Both the position numbers and the translations under genes were made by a program. A DNA stretch of 63,712 nt, filler included, from Stramenopiles sp. TOSAG23-2 (taxonomy: Eukaryota), in assembly GCA_900128395.1 (NCBI GenBank). It is 14 parts of 14 records of this genome, joined end to end, with 100 filler letters (N's around TTAATTAATTAA, not from the genome) between each part and the next. Parts side by side here need not be neighbours in the genome. Positions count along the whole stretch, not along the records: positions 33,739 to 38,437 come from LT650832.1; positions 38,538 to 43,233 come from LT650833.1; positions 43,334 to 48,028 come from LT650834.1; 11 more parts are not named here. One strand, written 5' to 3'. The notes under the pieces are model-generated. The model ran no database searches, was not told the DNA's origin, and was given only the letters and a program-made list of their open reading frames with translations. Below, in pieces: positions 36,917 through 47,838 of this stretch; the first letter of the stretch is position 1, and each line of letters opens with the position of its first letter.

Positions 36917-37018
36917 GAAAGAGTCTGACGCTGACGACGCAGACTAGTTCACACAGGTCACAGGGAATAACAAATTAAAATAGTCGTCTGATGGCACTCT
37001 GCGTCGTCAGACTCTTTC
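36917..37018. mobile_element. Approximately 100-bp MITE-like element with 21-bp inverted arms
   Basis: Left arm GAAAGAGTCTGACG(CTGACG)ACGCAGA pairs with the right arm TCTGCGTCGTCAGACTCTTTC. A homologous arm occurs on another contig at 18498-18528. No clear TSD. Confidence 0.6.
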
Positions 37019-37019
37019 T

Positions 37020-38382
37020 CTAGAATAACAATATACACGTTGTAGAAACGAACATCACGAATGTGTTTTCTCTGTTTACAACATTCATCTTTCCATCAGC
37101 GAAAATGCAGCAAATGCATACAGTGTAAAAAATAACTTCACATAACCACCAGTACCAGGGGCGGGAGAGCCACAAGAGCCACCAGAAAAGACAAAGTACC
37201 ACAGTAGCAATACACACCAAAGAAAATGGATGAATCATTACAGATTGCAAAATATGTTCACATTGACATTGATAAACCGATCTAATATTATGATAAGATT
37301 GTGCAACATCAAGATGATCTTTACCTAATCTATTTAAACGAATATGTAATGATTTGTTATGATAATAAAATGCTTTATCATATTTACCTTGTGCGTTGTA
37401 AAGGTGTCCAATTTTATTATATGAATTTGCAACTAGAAGATGATCATGACCTAATTTATTTAACCAAATATCTAATGCTTTATTATAATATTCTAATGCT
37501 TCATCATATTTATAGTGTACAAATTGATAAATTTCACCAATACTATAATATGATTGTGCAACATCAGGATGATTTTTATTTAATTTATTTATACGAATGT
37601 CTAATGATTTATTATAATGTTGTAATGATTTATCATATTTACGTTGTTCACTATAAACTACCCCAATATTATGATACGATAACGCAACAATACGATAATC
37701 TGCACTTAATATATTTAAATTACTATATAATGATTTATCATAATATTTCAATGCTGCATCATATTTACCTTGATCACTGTAAACTGCGCCAATACAATTA
37801 TATGAATTTGCAACGTTAGAATCATCTTCACCAAATTCGTGTAAACGAATATCTAACGATTTATTAAAATATTTTAATGCTTTATCATAGTTATATTGTG
37901 AACGATAAACTGAAGCAATATTATGATATATATCTGCAACAATAGGATGATCTTTACCTAATATATTTATACGAATATCTAATGATTTATTATAATAATC
38001 TAGTGCCTTTTCATATTTACCTTTTACAAAATAAGCATATCCAATTAAATTATATAGCATTGCAAATTCATAATGATCTTTACCGAAATTCTTTCTTCTA
38101 ATATCTACCACTTTGTTATAATAGTCTAATGCTTTATCACATTTATGTTGTTCCACATAAACGCCTGCTATAAAAGTATATAAACTTGCAACTAGAGGAT
38201 GATCATTACCTATTTTATTTAAACAAATATCTAGTGATTTATTAAAATATTCTAATGCTTTATCATATTTACCTTGCTGTTCATACGTTTGTCCCCTTAT
38301 ATGGTATGAATATGCTATATTCTCAACATTCTTCGTTTCTTTTGCTGCTTTTGATGCAAATTTTTGATACTTGTGTGCATCT
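37020..38382 (-). CDS. TPR-repeat protein (42-aa kinesin-light-chain/NPHP3-type repeats), 5'-truncated, with hydrophobic C-tail
   Basis: About 9 repeats of the pattern HPxVAxSYxNIGxVYxxQGKYDKALxYYNKSLxI. The listed TTG start lies inside the 55-nt inverted contig end. Confidence 0.88.
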
Positions 38383-38767
38383 TTCAAATTATGATTCTGA
38401 TGATTTATAGCTCCTTTTCTAAAAAGTCTTTCGTTCANNNNNNNNNNNNNNNNNNNNNNNNNNNNNNNNNNNNNNNNNNNNTTAATTAATTAANNNNNNN
38501 NNNNNNNNNNNNNNNNNNNNNNNNNNNNNNNNNNNNNTTTATTACAGTGTTAAAGTCTTGCAACTGTCTCACCAAAATCATCCCATGTTGTACCGAACGG
38601 CTTGATATCTAAAAATCGATTCAATACATTTTGTGTAATAACCTCAACCATTTTTGATTTACATTGTGTTGATCATAATCATACCATTACCACGTTCAGA
38701 TGACAGCATCTTGTGCCGCTCCACCTAACATGTCGCCATAACATAATCCTGAATTTTTTAAAGCCCA

Positions 38768-38845
38768 ATGTATGAAGTAGACCACATAATTGCATTAAAG
38801 GACGGTGGGGATAATAAATATCCTGATAATTTTCAATGCAAGTAA
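38768..38845 (+). pseudogene. Degenerate HNH endonuclease remnant
   Basis: Manual translation MYEVDHIIALKDGGDNKYPDNFQCK* matches the HNH pattern EVDHIxxLxxGGxN...N. Stops lie on both sides. Confidence 0.55.
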
Positions 38846-39579
38846 AAACACTCTACCGTCCTGGATTATCAAAATCAAAAAGCTGTCGAGGTGTTGAAGC
38901 AAAAAAATGGTATGTATTGTACAAGCCCAGCAAGCTAAAAGGCAAGCCAATATGATACAGTTTTGGTAAATCTCTCTTCATCATTTTCATGTTCCTTATT
39001 AGGGTAATAGCATTGAATATATATTCCCTGCTGTGTTTATTTTTTTATTTTTTTACGGTAAACGACAACATAAACGGCCTCCAATGCCACGTAATCACCA
39101 AAAAATAAAAAGTCGATTTTTAAGCCAATTACAATCACTCATCACTCTATGATAAACGTTATGTACATAAGTTTGAAAAAAATAAATATATATATAGTCT
39201 AGATAATAATTAGTAACACATTATAAAATGAATGGTATATATTATTAGAGATATAATATATGGATATTACATATCTTTTGGTGGAATTATTAAAGAGTTT
39301 TAAGTTCGACTGAGCTTTTTGTGTTGTCCAGTTGTTATTTTTACCTGACGTGAGAACCTATCTCCTGCCTCTGTAACCGTATTTATTGAACAGTATGATG
39401 CATATATATATTATCATTCAATTGTTGATTTAGATTATTGGCCATAGCTGTATATTATACGAGGAGGTAAAGAAAAACATTGTATATATTACATAATAGA
39501 TATAGATAGATATATCATATTCATAAAACCAATAATTATATTTGTTACCATTCTATTATTATATTTATTCAATATAATA

Positions 39580-41274
39580 ATGGCATCGTTGGTGTATAAC
39601 AATAGTAACAACAACAACAACAATAATAATGTAAATAGTGATAATCAACAATATATAGGTTGTAAATATTGTAAATCAACTGGGGAAAGATATCGTCATA
39701 GTGTTTTTGTTCCTTGTCGTATTTGTAATGGACGTGGAATAGTTATGGTGGATTCATCCTCATCTCCCTTTGAACCGAAACAAGCACCGGTAGTAGGTAT
39801 TATAGGTGGTGGTATTAGTGGGATGGCATTAGGACTTTCATTGCAACATCGAAATATACCATATATCATTTTTGAAAAAGATCCAGCATTTAATTCACGT
39901 TGTCAAGGTTATGGACTTACAATGCAACAAGGTGGTCGTATATTACAAAAAATGGGAATTGAGAATTTTCAACAATACGGCGCAACCACAATAAAACATG
40001 TTTCATTTTTACCTGATGGCACTGTACTTGGATCATATGGGGATAAAAGAAAACAAAGACATGCAAAGAAGCAAAAATTAAATAATAATAATAATAATAA
40101 TAATAGTAATAATAATGGCAATATGCAGAAACAACAAGCATCATCAGCAAGTGATGATGTAAGTCATACTAATAATACTAAATCTACTACTACTAATAAA
40201 GGAAAACGTTTTAATGTAATGCTACCGCGTCAAGATTTAAGAAGAATGATATATGAAAAATTAGATAAAAACATGGTGAAATGGGGTCAAAAATTTGTAA
40301 GATATGAAAAAAATGCAATAACTGGTAAAATTATATTAACTTTGGAAGAAAATAACAATGTACAAACAAATAAAATAAATAATACAATTGTTGTGGAAGT
40401 TGATTTATTAGTTGGTGCAGATGGTATATGGAGTAAAGTACGGATGCACTCTACATCACCTTCAAAATATTTAAAACCACGTTATTTAGGAGTAATGGTT
40501 ATATTAGGACGTGCAGAAACAAAGTAAGTTACAGACATATACACACAAGACGCGGCAAATAGCTATAATTATTTCATTAATGTATATACTATATAACAAT
40601 ATCTGACATATTTATTTATATTTATACACATGCAAAAAATAGCCATGATTTGGGTAAATGTATTTTTCAAACAATGGATGGTGAAACACGTATTTATGCA
40701 ATGCCATTTACAAACGATGGAATTATGATGTGGCAATTAAGTTTTCCAATTTCAATAGAAGATGCGCAACAATTAAATAGGGCAGGTTCTGTTGCTTTAT
40801 TAGCAGAAGCTCGCCGTCGTTGTTCTAAATGGCATTCTCCAATCGATCAATTAATGAATGATACAAAAAGTGAAGATGTTACTGGATATCCCACTTTTGA
40901 TCGACCATCACCGGAAGCAAATGATTTGCAATTATTTTCTAATCACAGTAGTAACAACGAGATTGTAAACGATAGTAATGATAATAATAATAACAACATT
41001 GTTTTAATTGGTGATAGTGTACATCCAATGAGTCCATTTAAAGGCCAAGGTGCAAACCAAGCATTAATTGATGGGCATCAACTTGCAATTTGTCTTAGTA
41101 AAAAATGATAATATAAAAAGTTCCATTGATGAATTTTGGAAGAAAATGATACAACGTGTTCGTTCAAAGGTGAATGGTAGTGCAAAAGCTGCTATAATTT
41201 TGCATTCTAATGATGCATTAGTGGAAGGGAATGTTACTCGAGCGACTGCACATAAATCAGCTAGTAATAAATAA
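39580..41274 (+). CDS. FAD-dependent monooxygenase with N-terminal CxxCxxxG zinc-binding pair; exons 39580-40523 and 40643-41274 with a +1 frameshift near 41100
   Basis: IIGGGISG, FEKD, LLVGADG and LIGDSVHPMSPFKGQGANQA. The intron 40524-40642 (GTAAGT..CTGAC..TAG) joins the two ORFs in frame. The helical tail continues in the +1 frame after AAA AAA TGA. Confidence 0.88.
40524..40642 (+). other. Spliceosomal GT-AG intron (119 nt)
   Basis: Donor GTAAGT, branch-like CTGAC near 40603, acceptor TAG. Splicing gives ..ETN-HDLGKC.. in frame. Confidence 0.9.
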
Positions 41275-41646
41275 CTATGTATATCTATATATCTATATCG
41301 AAATGTATCCTCGTCGGTACATGTAAAAATAGGCGAAAAATGAGAAAAATTTAATGATGTATTATATATATACCGCAGTTTAAGTTGAAATTAAGTACAA
41401 CTTTTCCCTATCTAAATTATAGTCTAAAGCATCAGGAGAGTGCGTGTGGTGTGTGGTGAGAAAGTTTAAAATTTGAAGTTTAAGTTAGACACAGAAACAA
41501 TTATATATTTACATATAGTAAAAATATATTGATATGTGTTAATGATTTGTAACACTCTACATATCCGGACTGACTGTAGATATCGAATTCAATTCGAGTT
41601 TTAATTCATTTATATATTTATAATTTATTTAATTATTTTCATTATC

Positions 41647-43215
41647 ATGGAGTTAACTAATACTTGTATCATTATTAACGAACAAGAACAATACCATCTA
41701 TATCAACAATATCAACATGAATCATGTTTATGTCACCGAGCCGCTTTAATTAATATGGAAATTGACCGAAGGTTATTATTAGAATCACAAGAAAATAATA
41801 ATAATAATAATAGTAATCTATCATTAAACTATACGGCAGGAAATTCAAGACCCAATCCTAATTTAGCACGTGGTGCAAATTTGACAAAAGCAGGAGATTC
41901 TATCAAAGAGGCAATAGAAGCAAGAAAATACGCACAGGAAATTGCAAGAAACAACCCAAAAAATCCAGTTACAGCGATAGCTAACGCTTGTTGGGAAAAC
42001 GATCCAAAAATTATGCGTGGTGACTCATTGACTGCTTTAGCACCATTTGTTTATGAAAAGTATGGACCCGTATTATCGATGTTAACGTTTGCAAATACAC
42101 ATTGTGTAGATACTAGCGAAGGGATTGTTATGATTGATTGTGGTACTAAATTTCAAGCACCACGTATTTCCAAAGCAGCGAAAGATGTATTGAAAAAGAA
42201 ATTGCATACAGCTATTTATACACATGGACACATCGATCATATTGGTGTGAACTTTATGCCAGAATTTAAAGATGATAATTATCGCGTTGTTGCACATGAA
42301 AATGTAGTTGGTAGATTTGATCGATATATAAAAACAAATGGATATAATACAATTATTAATCAACGCCAATTTCAACTTCCAAAGGAATCCTATCAATTTC
42401 AAAATGAATTTCGATATCCTGATTTGACATATAGCGATTATTTACGTTTTGATGTAGGTGAAGAAACATTTGAGTTATTTCATGGGAAAGGTGAGACGAA
42501 TGATGCAACAATTATATGGATGCCAAAACATCGATATTGTTTTGTTGGTGATTTTTTTATTTGGAATGCACCAAATGCTGGGAATCCACAGAAAGTACAA
42601 CGTTTTCCAGAAGAATGGGCCGAGGCAGCAGCAAAAGTACTCAGTTTAAATCCAAAAATAGTTTTTGCTGGACATGGACCACCAATAATAGGTGAAAAAC
42701 GGGTTCAAGAAGCATTTTCAAATCAAAAGAAATTGTTAGATGAAATATGCCAACATGCATTAAATGGCATCAATGCTGGCAAATCCCTTGGTGAAATTAT
42801 GAGAACGACACCAATCAATAAATCATTGATTAGTAAACCATATTTACAACCAAAATATGACGATCCTAGATGGTTTGTCGCAACACTTTGGAGACGTTAT
42901 GCTGGTTGGTACACGTTTGATGTAAGGCATTTACTTCCTGTTGATGCCAGTGATGTAGGGACGGAATTAGCAAAATTAGTTGGTAGTGCAGAGAAATTAG
43001 CAAAACATGCAGAGAAAATAATGACTGAAGGTGGTGATGAAAAATTAGGTATTGCACTTGAAATTGCAGAATATGCAGCTGCAGCTGCTGGTGCTTCAAC
43101 AGAAACGCATTTGATACGTTCAAAAATATTAAGAGCGATGGAAAAACGAGAAACTACATTAATGGCATCATCTATTTATAGAGCAGCAGCGCAAGATAGT
43201 GAAGCTAAATTGTAA
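41647..43215 (+). CDS. Metallo-beta-lactamase-fold alkyl sulfatase-like hydrolase (SdsA/BDS1 type) with C-terminal AKL
   Basis: MIDCG, YTHGHIDH, HGKGETND, PNAGNPQKVQRF, AGHGPP, and a dimerisation region WRRYAGWY. Ends in ..EAKL*. Confidence 0.9.
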   Translation: MELTNTCIIINEQEQYHLYQQYQHESCLCHRAALINMEIDRRLLLESQENNNNNNSNLSLNYTAGNSRPNPNLARGANLTKAGDSIKEAIEARKYAQEIARNNPKNPVTAIANACWENDPKIMRGDSLTALAPFVYEKYGPVLSMLTFANTHCVDTSEGIVMIDCGTKFQAPRISKAAKDVLKKKLHTAIYTHGHIDHIGVNFMPEFKDDNYRVVAHENVVGRFDRYIKTNGYNTIINQRQFQLPKESYQFQNEFRYPDLTYSDYLRFDVGEETFELFHGKGETNDATIIWMPKHRYCFVGDFFIWNAPNAGNPQKVQRFPEEWAEAAAKVLSLNPKIVFAGHGPPIIGEKRVQEAFSNQKKLLDEICQHALNGINAGKSLGEIMRTTPINKSLISKPYLQPKYDDPRWFVATLWRRYAGWYTFDVRHLLPVDASDVGTELAKLVGSAEKLAKHAEKIMTEGGDEKLGIALEIAEYAAAAAGASTETHLIRSKILRAMEKRETTLMASSIYRAAAQDSEAKL

Positions 43216-43723
43216 ATTGGATTGATTTTTTTTNNNNNNNNNNNNNNNNNNNNNNNNNNNNNNNNNNNNNNNNNNNNTTAATTAATTAANNNNNNNNNNN
43301 NNNNNNNNNNNNNNNNNNNNNNNNNNNNNNNNNATAGTATAGGCACAGCACTACCCCCCAGCCCGTCCGTCGAAAAAACCGTCTTTCCGAAAAAAATGAA
43401 AAAATGAAAAAATGAAAAAATCCCACGATATTTTATAAAAGAAAGTAAGTACATATTTTTATATACTAAGATTAGCATTAGACCAAAATTCACTATCATC
43501 AGCTAGCTATCTAAAAAATAATTGATTTTCTTCTTCTATCTATATTTCTAAAAACCAACCCCCCAACCCACCCCTTGTTAAATATATAATACACACATAT
43601 TTATATCAATTTAACATTTGAACGTACGTGCGAACGCATGTGTATACAATTATATACATCCAAAACATTTATGCTTGATGAAAAATTGTTTAGTTTATTC
43701 AAAAAAGGTAGTAACGATTCATC

Positions 43724-45988
43724 ATGGCAGAGGTAGATTCAAAAAATTTTAAAATTCCACAAAAGGAAACTGATAATGCAAAAGAAGCAAATACGAATGA
43801 AGAACCAAAAAAAAAAGGAATGATGGACAAAATTAAAGCATCAAAACCATATCAAATGTATGAACGTTTTAAGACATGGAAAACATACCATTTCATACAA
43901 GCATTGCTATCATATATCGCGTTGATTACCTTGTTAGCGTCACTTGGACTTTTAAACAATCCGCCTGAGTTCCCATATCCAACTCAGGAAAGCGATATTA
44001 AATCAGCTACTGAATTTAATGCAGGAAAGCCAAATAACAGTCCACTGTTTAGGAAGTTAGCTGGTATTACCGGAAATGAAAAAATGAAAAATACGAAATA
44101 TATTTATGCAACTGAAAATGGAAAAGCTTCTGTACGAGTTTGCACTGACTTATCAAAGGAAGAATTTGAAAAAATTGCTGGAATCAATGAGAAGCAGGAA
44201 CTCAGATGGGATCCACTTTGGTACCAAGGTGTTCAAAAATTATATGAAAAAGGTTGTGTTAATGCGTCTGTACTGGCATACAATGGTGGATGTTATGATG
44301 GGCCAATTTACTCTAAACTTACAGGTGTAGGATCGAAAACATCCTGGACAGGTCCATATGAGCGGGGTAATTGTGGAACACCTACTGAAACAGCAAAACT
44401 ATTTACTAATCCTGCCGGGAGTAATGGTTGGCTTTGGCATTATATGATCCGACCAAAGGCAACTTTAAATCCATGGCCAGACAGTAAAACATTAACTTTT
44501 CGAAATTGTTCAACAACAGAATGTGATGTTGCAAAATGTTATGATAAAGATTGTTACGATGTATCTCAAACTTGTAATGGTTGGTATGAAACACAGGGCG
44601 ATTGTGGTTCTACTGCCAATCCTCAAAATGGTACAAATGCAGGAAGCTGTAATCAAATTATTGAAAAAGATTCAGGAAATGGATATTGTGATTGTGGAGA
44701 CAATCGCAGAGTATACATGTGTAATTCAGATTTCACTTTTAAATGTGCAGATACATGTAAATGTGTTCCACCAGCATTATTGACATCAACATGTTCCAAC
44801 ACATGTACTTGTGATGAAACCACAAGTATACAACGATCAGAACCAGATTGGATAATTGCAAACCCGGACTTGGAAAGGAAAGATGAGCTTTGCCATGCTG
44901 CTTTTGGCCGTTTCAATATGTTTCCGTGTGAACATGATACTGTATTAAGTTATGGACAGCAAACACAATGGATCGTTAGCTTGTTTGTTGCAGCTACTGT
45001 ACTTCGTATTATATTTCAAATTTCATGTTTATACTGGGGATTTACAGAGGATAATTTTGATTACAGAATATTATTCGCATGTGAAACTGTTGTTCGTGCC
45101 TACTATGTTTGTAAAGTTGGTACAGCAAAAATAAACAAAGTGGAAGAAAAAGAATATCTACAAGGTTGGCCATGGTTTCTTGGATTGGTAGATGCCATTT
45201 TGGTATCGATTGCAACGTTAGGCGTTGCGTACGGAGCAGATCCTTTCCCAGAACTTGGAAAAGGACGCACTGCACTTTTCTTTCTGTGGATAAGTGCCAT
45301 TCGAGAGATATTAAATTTAGTATATAAACTCTACGATTCATATTCTAAAAAGGCATATTACGTCAAAAGTAAATCTTATAACGTTGAGTGTTGCAAAAAA
45401 ACAATTCCATGGTGTTACGGTTCTAATGAAGAAGAGGAAAAAGAAGACATGGTAAAGGCTGCAACAGATAATCCACTTTACGTTCTACCAGGACAACAAC
45501 AAGGTTTGCAAATGCAACAACAGCAAATGCAGCAACAGCAAATGCAACAACAGCAAATGCAACAACAGCAAATGTGGCAACAGCAAATGCAACAACAGCA
45601 AATGCAACAACAGCAAATGCAGCAACAGCAAATGCAGCAACAGCAAATGCAGCAACAGCAAATGCAACAACAGCAAATGCAACAACAGCAAATGTGGCAA
45701 CAGCAAATGCAACAACAGCAAATGCAACAACAGCAAATGCAGCAACAGCAAATGCAGCAACAGCAAATGCAGCAACAGCAAATGCAACAACAGCAAATGC
45801 AACAACAGCAAATGCGACAACAGCAAATGCAACAACAGCAAATGCGACAACAGCAAATGCAAATTGCTTGTCCTCCCGGTTATAGGCCTGGACAAAAACT
45901 TCAAATAAAAACAGCAAGTGGCCAACGATTGAAAGTTATAATCCCCCAAGGTATAAAACCTGGTGATATATTTGTTGTGAATATATAA
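43724..45988 (+). CDS. Multi-pass membrane protein with Cys-rich extracellular domain, (QQQQM)n tract and small C-terminal beta domain
   Basis: TM near aa 55-75, a Cys-rich loop, 3-4 further TMs, a Gln/Met repeat, and the terminal IACPPGYRPGQKLQI..GQRLKVIIPQGIKPGDIFVV. Confidence 0.85.
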   Translation: MAEVDSKNFKIPQKETDNAKEANTNEEPKKKGMMDKIKASKPYQMYERFKTWKTYHFIQALLSYIALITLLASLGLLNNPPEFPYPTQESDIKSATEFNAGKPNNSPLFRKLAGITGNEKMKNTKYIYATENGKASVRVCTDLSKEEFEKIAGINEKQELRWDPLWYQGVQKLYEKGCVNASVLAYNGGCYDGPIYSKLTGVGSKTSWTGPYERGNCGTPTETAKLFTNPAGSNGWLWHYMIRPKATLNPWPDSKTLTFRNCSTTECDVAKCYDKDCYDVSQTCNGWYETQGDCGSTANPQNGTNAGSCNQIIEKDSGNGYCDCGDNRRVYMCNSDFTFKCADTCKCVPPALLTSTCSNTCTCDETTSIQRSEPDWIIANPDLERKDELCHAAFGRFNMFPCEHDTVLSYGQQTQWIVSLFVAATVLRIIFQISCLYWGFTEDNFDYRILFACETVVRAYYVCKVGTAKINKVEEKEYLQGWPWFLGLVDAILVSIATLGVAYGADPFPELGKGRTALFFLWISAIREILNLVYKLYDSYSKKAYYVKSKSYNVECCKKTIPWCYGSNEEEEKEDMVKAATDNPLYVLPGQQQGLQMQQQQMQQQQMQQQQMQQQQMWQQQMQQQQMQQQQMQQQQMQQQQMQQQQMQQQQMQQQQMWQQQMQQQQMQQQQMQQQQMQQQQMQQQQMQQQQMQQQQMRQQQMQQQQMRQQQMQIACPPGYRPGQKLQIKTASGQRLKVIIPQGIKPGDIFVVNI
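45509..45862 (+). repeat. Coding 15-bp minisatellite (QQQQM, about 23 units) with 120-bp higher-order period
   Basis: Unit ATGCAACAACAGCAA with variants. The Trp-variant units are 120 bp apart and 45541-45660 equals 45661-45780. Confidence 0.95.
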
Positions 45989-46328
45989 AACGGATCAACA
46001 CGTTGTTTATTTTTATTTTACAAAAGAGTACAACGTAATATAGATATTACTGGTGTTGTAAAAAGTTACGCGTACACAATTTTGAATTTTATGTGTGTGT
46101 GTGAAAAAAATTGTACGAGTTTGACAATCCAAAATAGGTAAATAGCAGAAGAATGGTATAATTTAATATTATGATGATGTGTGTTATGTAGTATAGTAAG
46201 AAGTATAATTATATTATAGAATTTATAATAGGAATACAGATGACAATACATTCATGAAGTACTAATAATAATAAACTGTAGCGTTTCAACGGGAATACTA
46301 TAGGAATAGCATTGCAAGTTTCGTGGTA

Positions 46329-47536
46329 CTGCCATTTGGCAGTTTTTCCATGTTTCCTATCACTTTGTACTTACGGGCGTAGTAAAATAAAATTATATAG
46401 AAAAGAAAAATCGTATTGTATTAAGTAGAACAGTATAGAACTGCCAAATGGCAGTTTTGTCGTTACCGAGGCGATACCCTTCACTAAATTGCCTATTTAA
46501 TAACCTTAAAAAAGTAGTATATGCCATACAAGTACAATTCCTGTTTCCTCCAACTGCCAAACGGACATTTTTCCTATGGTATCCTTTGCCAGACTGTATC
46601 AGCTTTTTTCTGCAACAGTGTTTTTATTTAGTCATTAGCACGTACATACCCGGCGAAATGAAATTTTAAATTGCCAAAGTTTACACAAAACACCACCAAA
46701 GCAAATTTTACAGAAAAAAATGTCACTTGGAAAAAGACCAGCTTTTTGCGATACACGGTAAGATGGAAATAGTACAGCAAAAATGTCCAAATGGCTGTTT
46801 TTCATCTAGTCGGAGACAAAAACACTGAAGGAAATACACGATAGCATTGAATAGTGTAGAAAAAATGTCCAAATGGACATAAAAACCGATAGCGATACAC
46901 GGTAAGATGGAAATAGTACAGCAAAAATGTCCAAATGGCTGTTTTTCATCTAGTCGGAGACAAAAAACACTGAAGGAAATACACGATAGCATTGAATAGT
47001 GTAGAAAAAATGTCCAAATGGACATAAAAACCGATAGCGATACACGGTAAGATGGAAATAGTACAGCAAAAATGTCCAAATGGCTGTTTTTCATCTAGTC
47101 GGAGACAAAAAACACTAAGGAAATACATGATAGCATTGAATAGTGTAGAAAAAATGTCCAAATGGACATAAAAATTCTGCTATTTCGCAACAAATGCAAC
47201 CCATATACACGATACACGATACCCAAGAAAAAAATACCTACAGATTGTAAAGTGCTAAAATACACTTTAACATACAATTGCACTGGAAAAACATCCATTT
47301 GGACGTTTTTTTGATCCCAAAATTTCTTTATGCTCCAATACACAGTAGCATGTCAATAGCACTAGAAAAGTGTCCAAATGGCAGTATTTTAAGAACTGTC
47401 CAAATGGATGTTTTCCTTCCAGTATTTCAGCATTGCAAAAACCAGAGAGAATCTCTCTGCAAAAACATCCATTTGGCAGTAGTAAAAAACCTAAAAAAAC
47501 ACTGAAAATGACAATAACAAAACTGCCATTTGGCAG
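46329..47536. mobile_element. Non-coding 1.2-kb element with palindromic termini, flanking TA dinucleotides and many internal palindromes (putative non-autonomous DNA transposon)
   Basis: TA|CTGCCATTTGGCAGTTT at the left end and AAACTGCCATTTGGCAG|TA at the right end. About 14 copies of the CCA-AA/TT-TGG palindrome in total. Confidence 0.6.
46748..47174. repeat. Three tandem copies of a 144-145-bp unit, each carrying two palindromes
   Basis: Unit starts gcgatacacggtaagatgg at 46748, 46892 and 47037, with small indels between copies. Confidence 0.95.
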
Positions 47537-47558
47537 TACTTAAAGCTGTTGAACTACC

Positions 47559-47838
47559 TTGTTATACGTGTTAATTTAATGCTAAGCCCATGGTAGGATA
47601 CTGCCTCGAAACATCCGAAAACAAGTTTTACAATGAAAAATATTCGCGAAAAGGCCTCCAAAAGCAAGAAAATTACAAAATTCTGAAAATATGTGTTCTT
47701 GTTATACGTGTTAATTTAATGCTAAGCCCATGGTAGGATACTGCCTCGAAACATCCGAAAACAAGTTTTACAATGAAAAATATTCGCGAAAAGGCCTCCA
47801 AAAGCAAGAAAATTACAAAATTCTGAAAATATGTGTTT
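47559..47838. repeat. 140-bp tandem duplication
   Basis: ttgttatacgtgttaatttaatgctaagccc...gaaaatatgtgtt occurs twice with period 140. Confidence 0.95.

Noticed and set aside
45423-45949. (VVAFA)n, (HLLLL)n and (ATANA)n ORFs
   Set aside because: Alternative-frame shadows of the QQQQM minisatellite.
46723-47505. ORFs within the 144-bp tandem repeat
   Set aside because: Translations merely mirror the DNA repeat, and indels shift frame between copies.
46329-47536. CRISPR array interpretation of the palindrome series
   Set aside because: The repeats are short and variable and occur in both orientations. Spacing is irregular, some spacers are triplicated, and there are no cas genes in this eukaryotic context.
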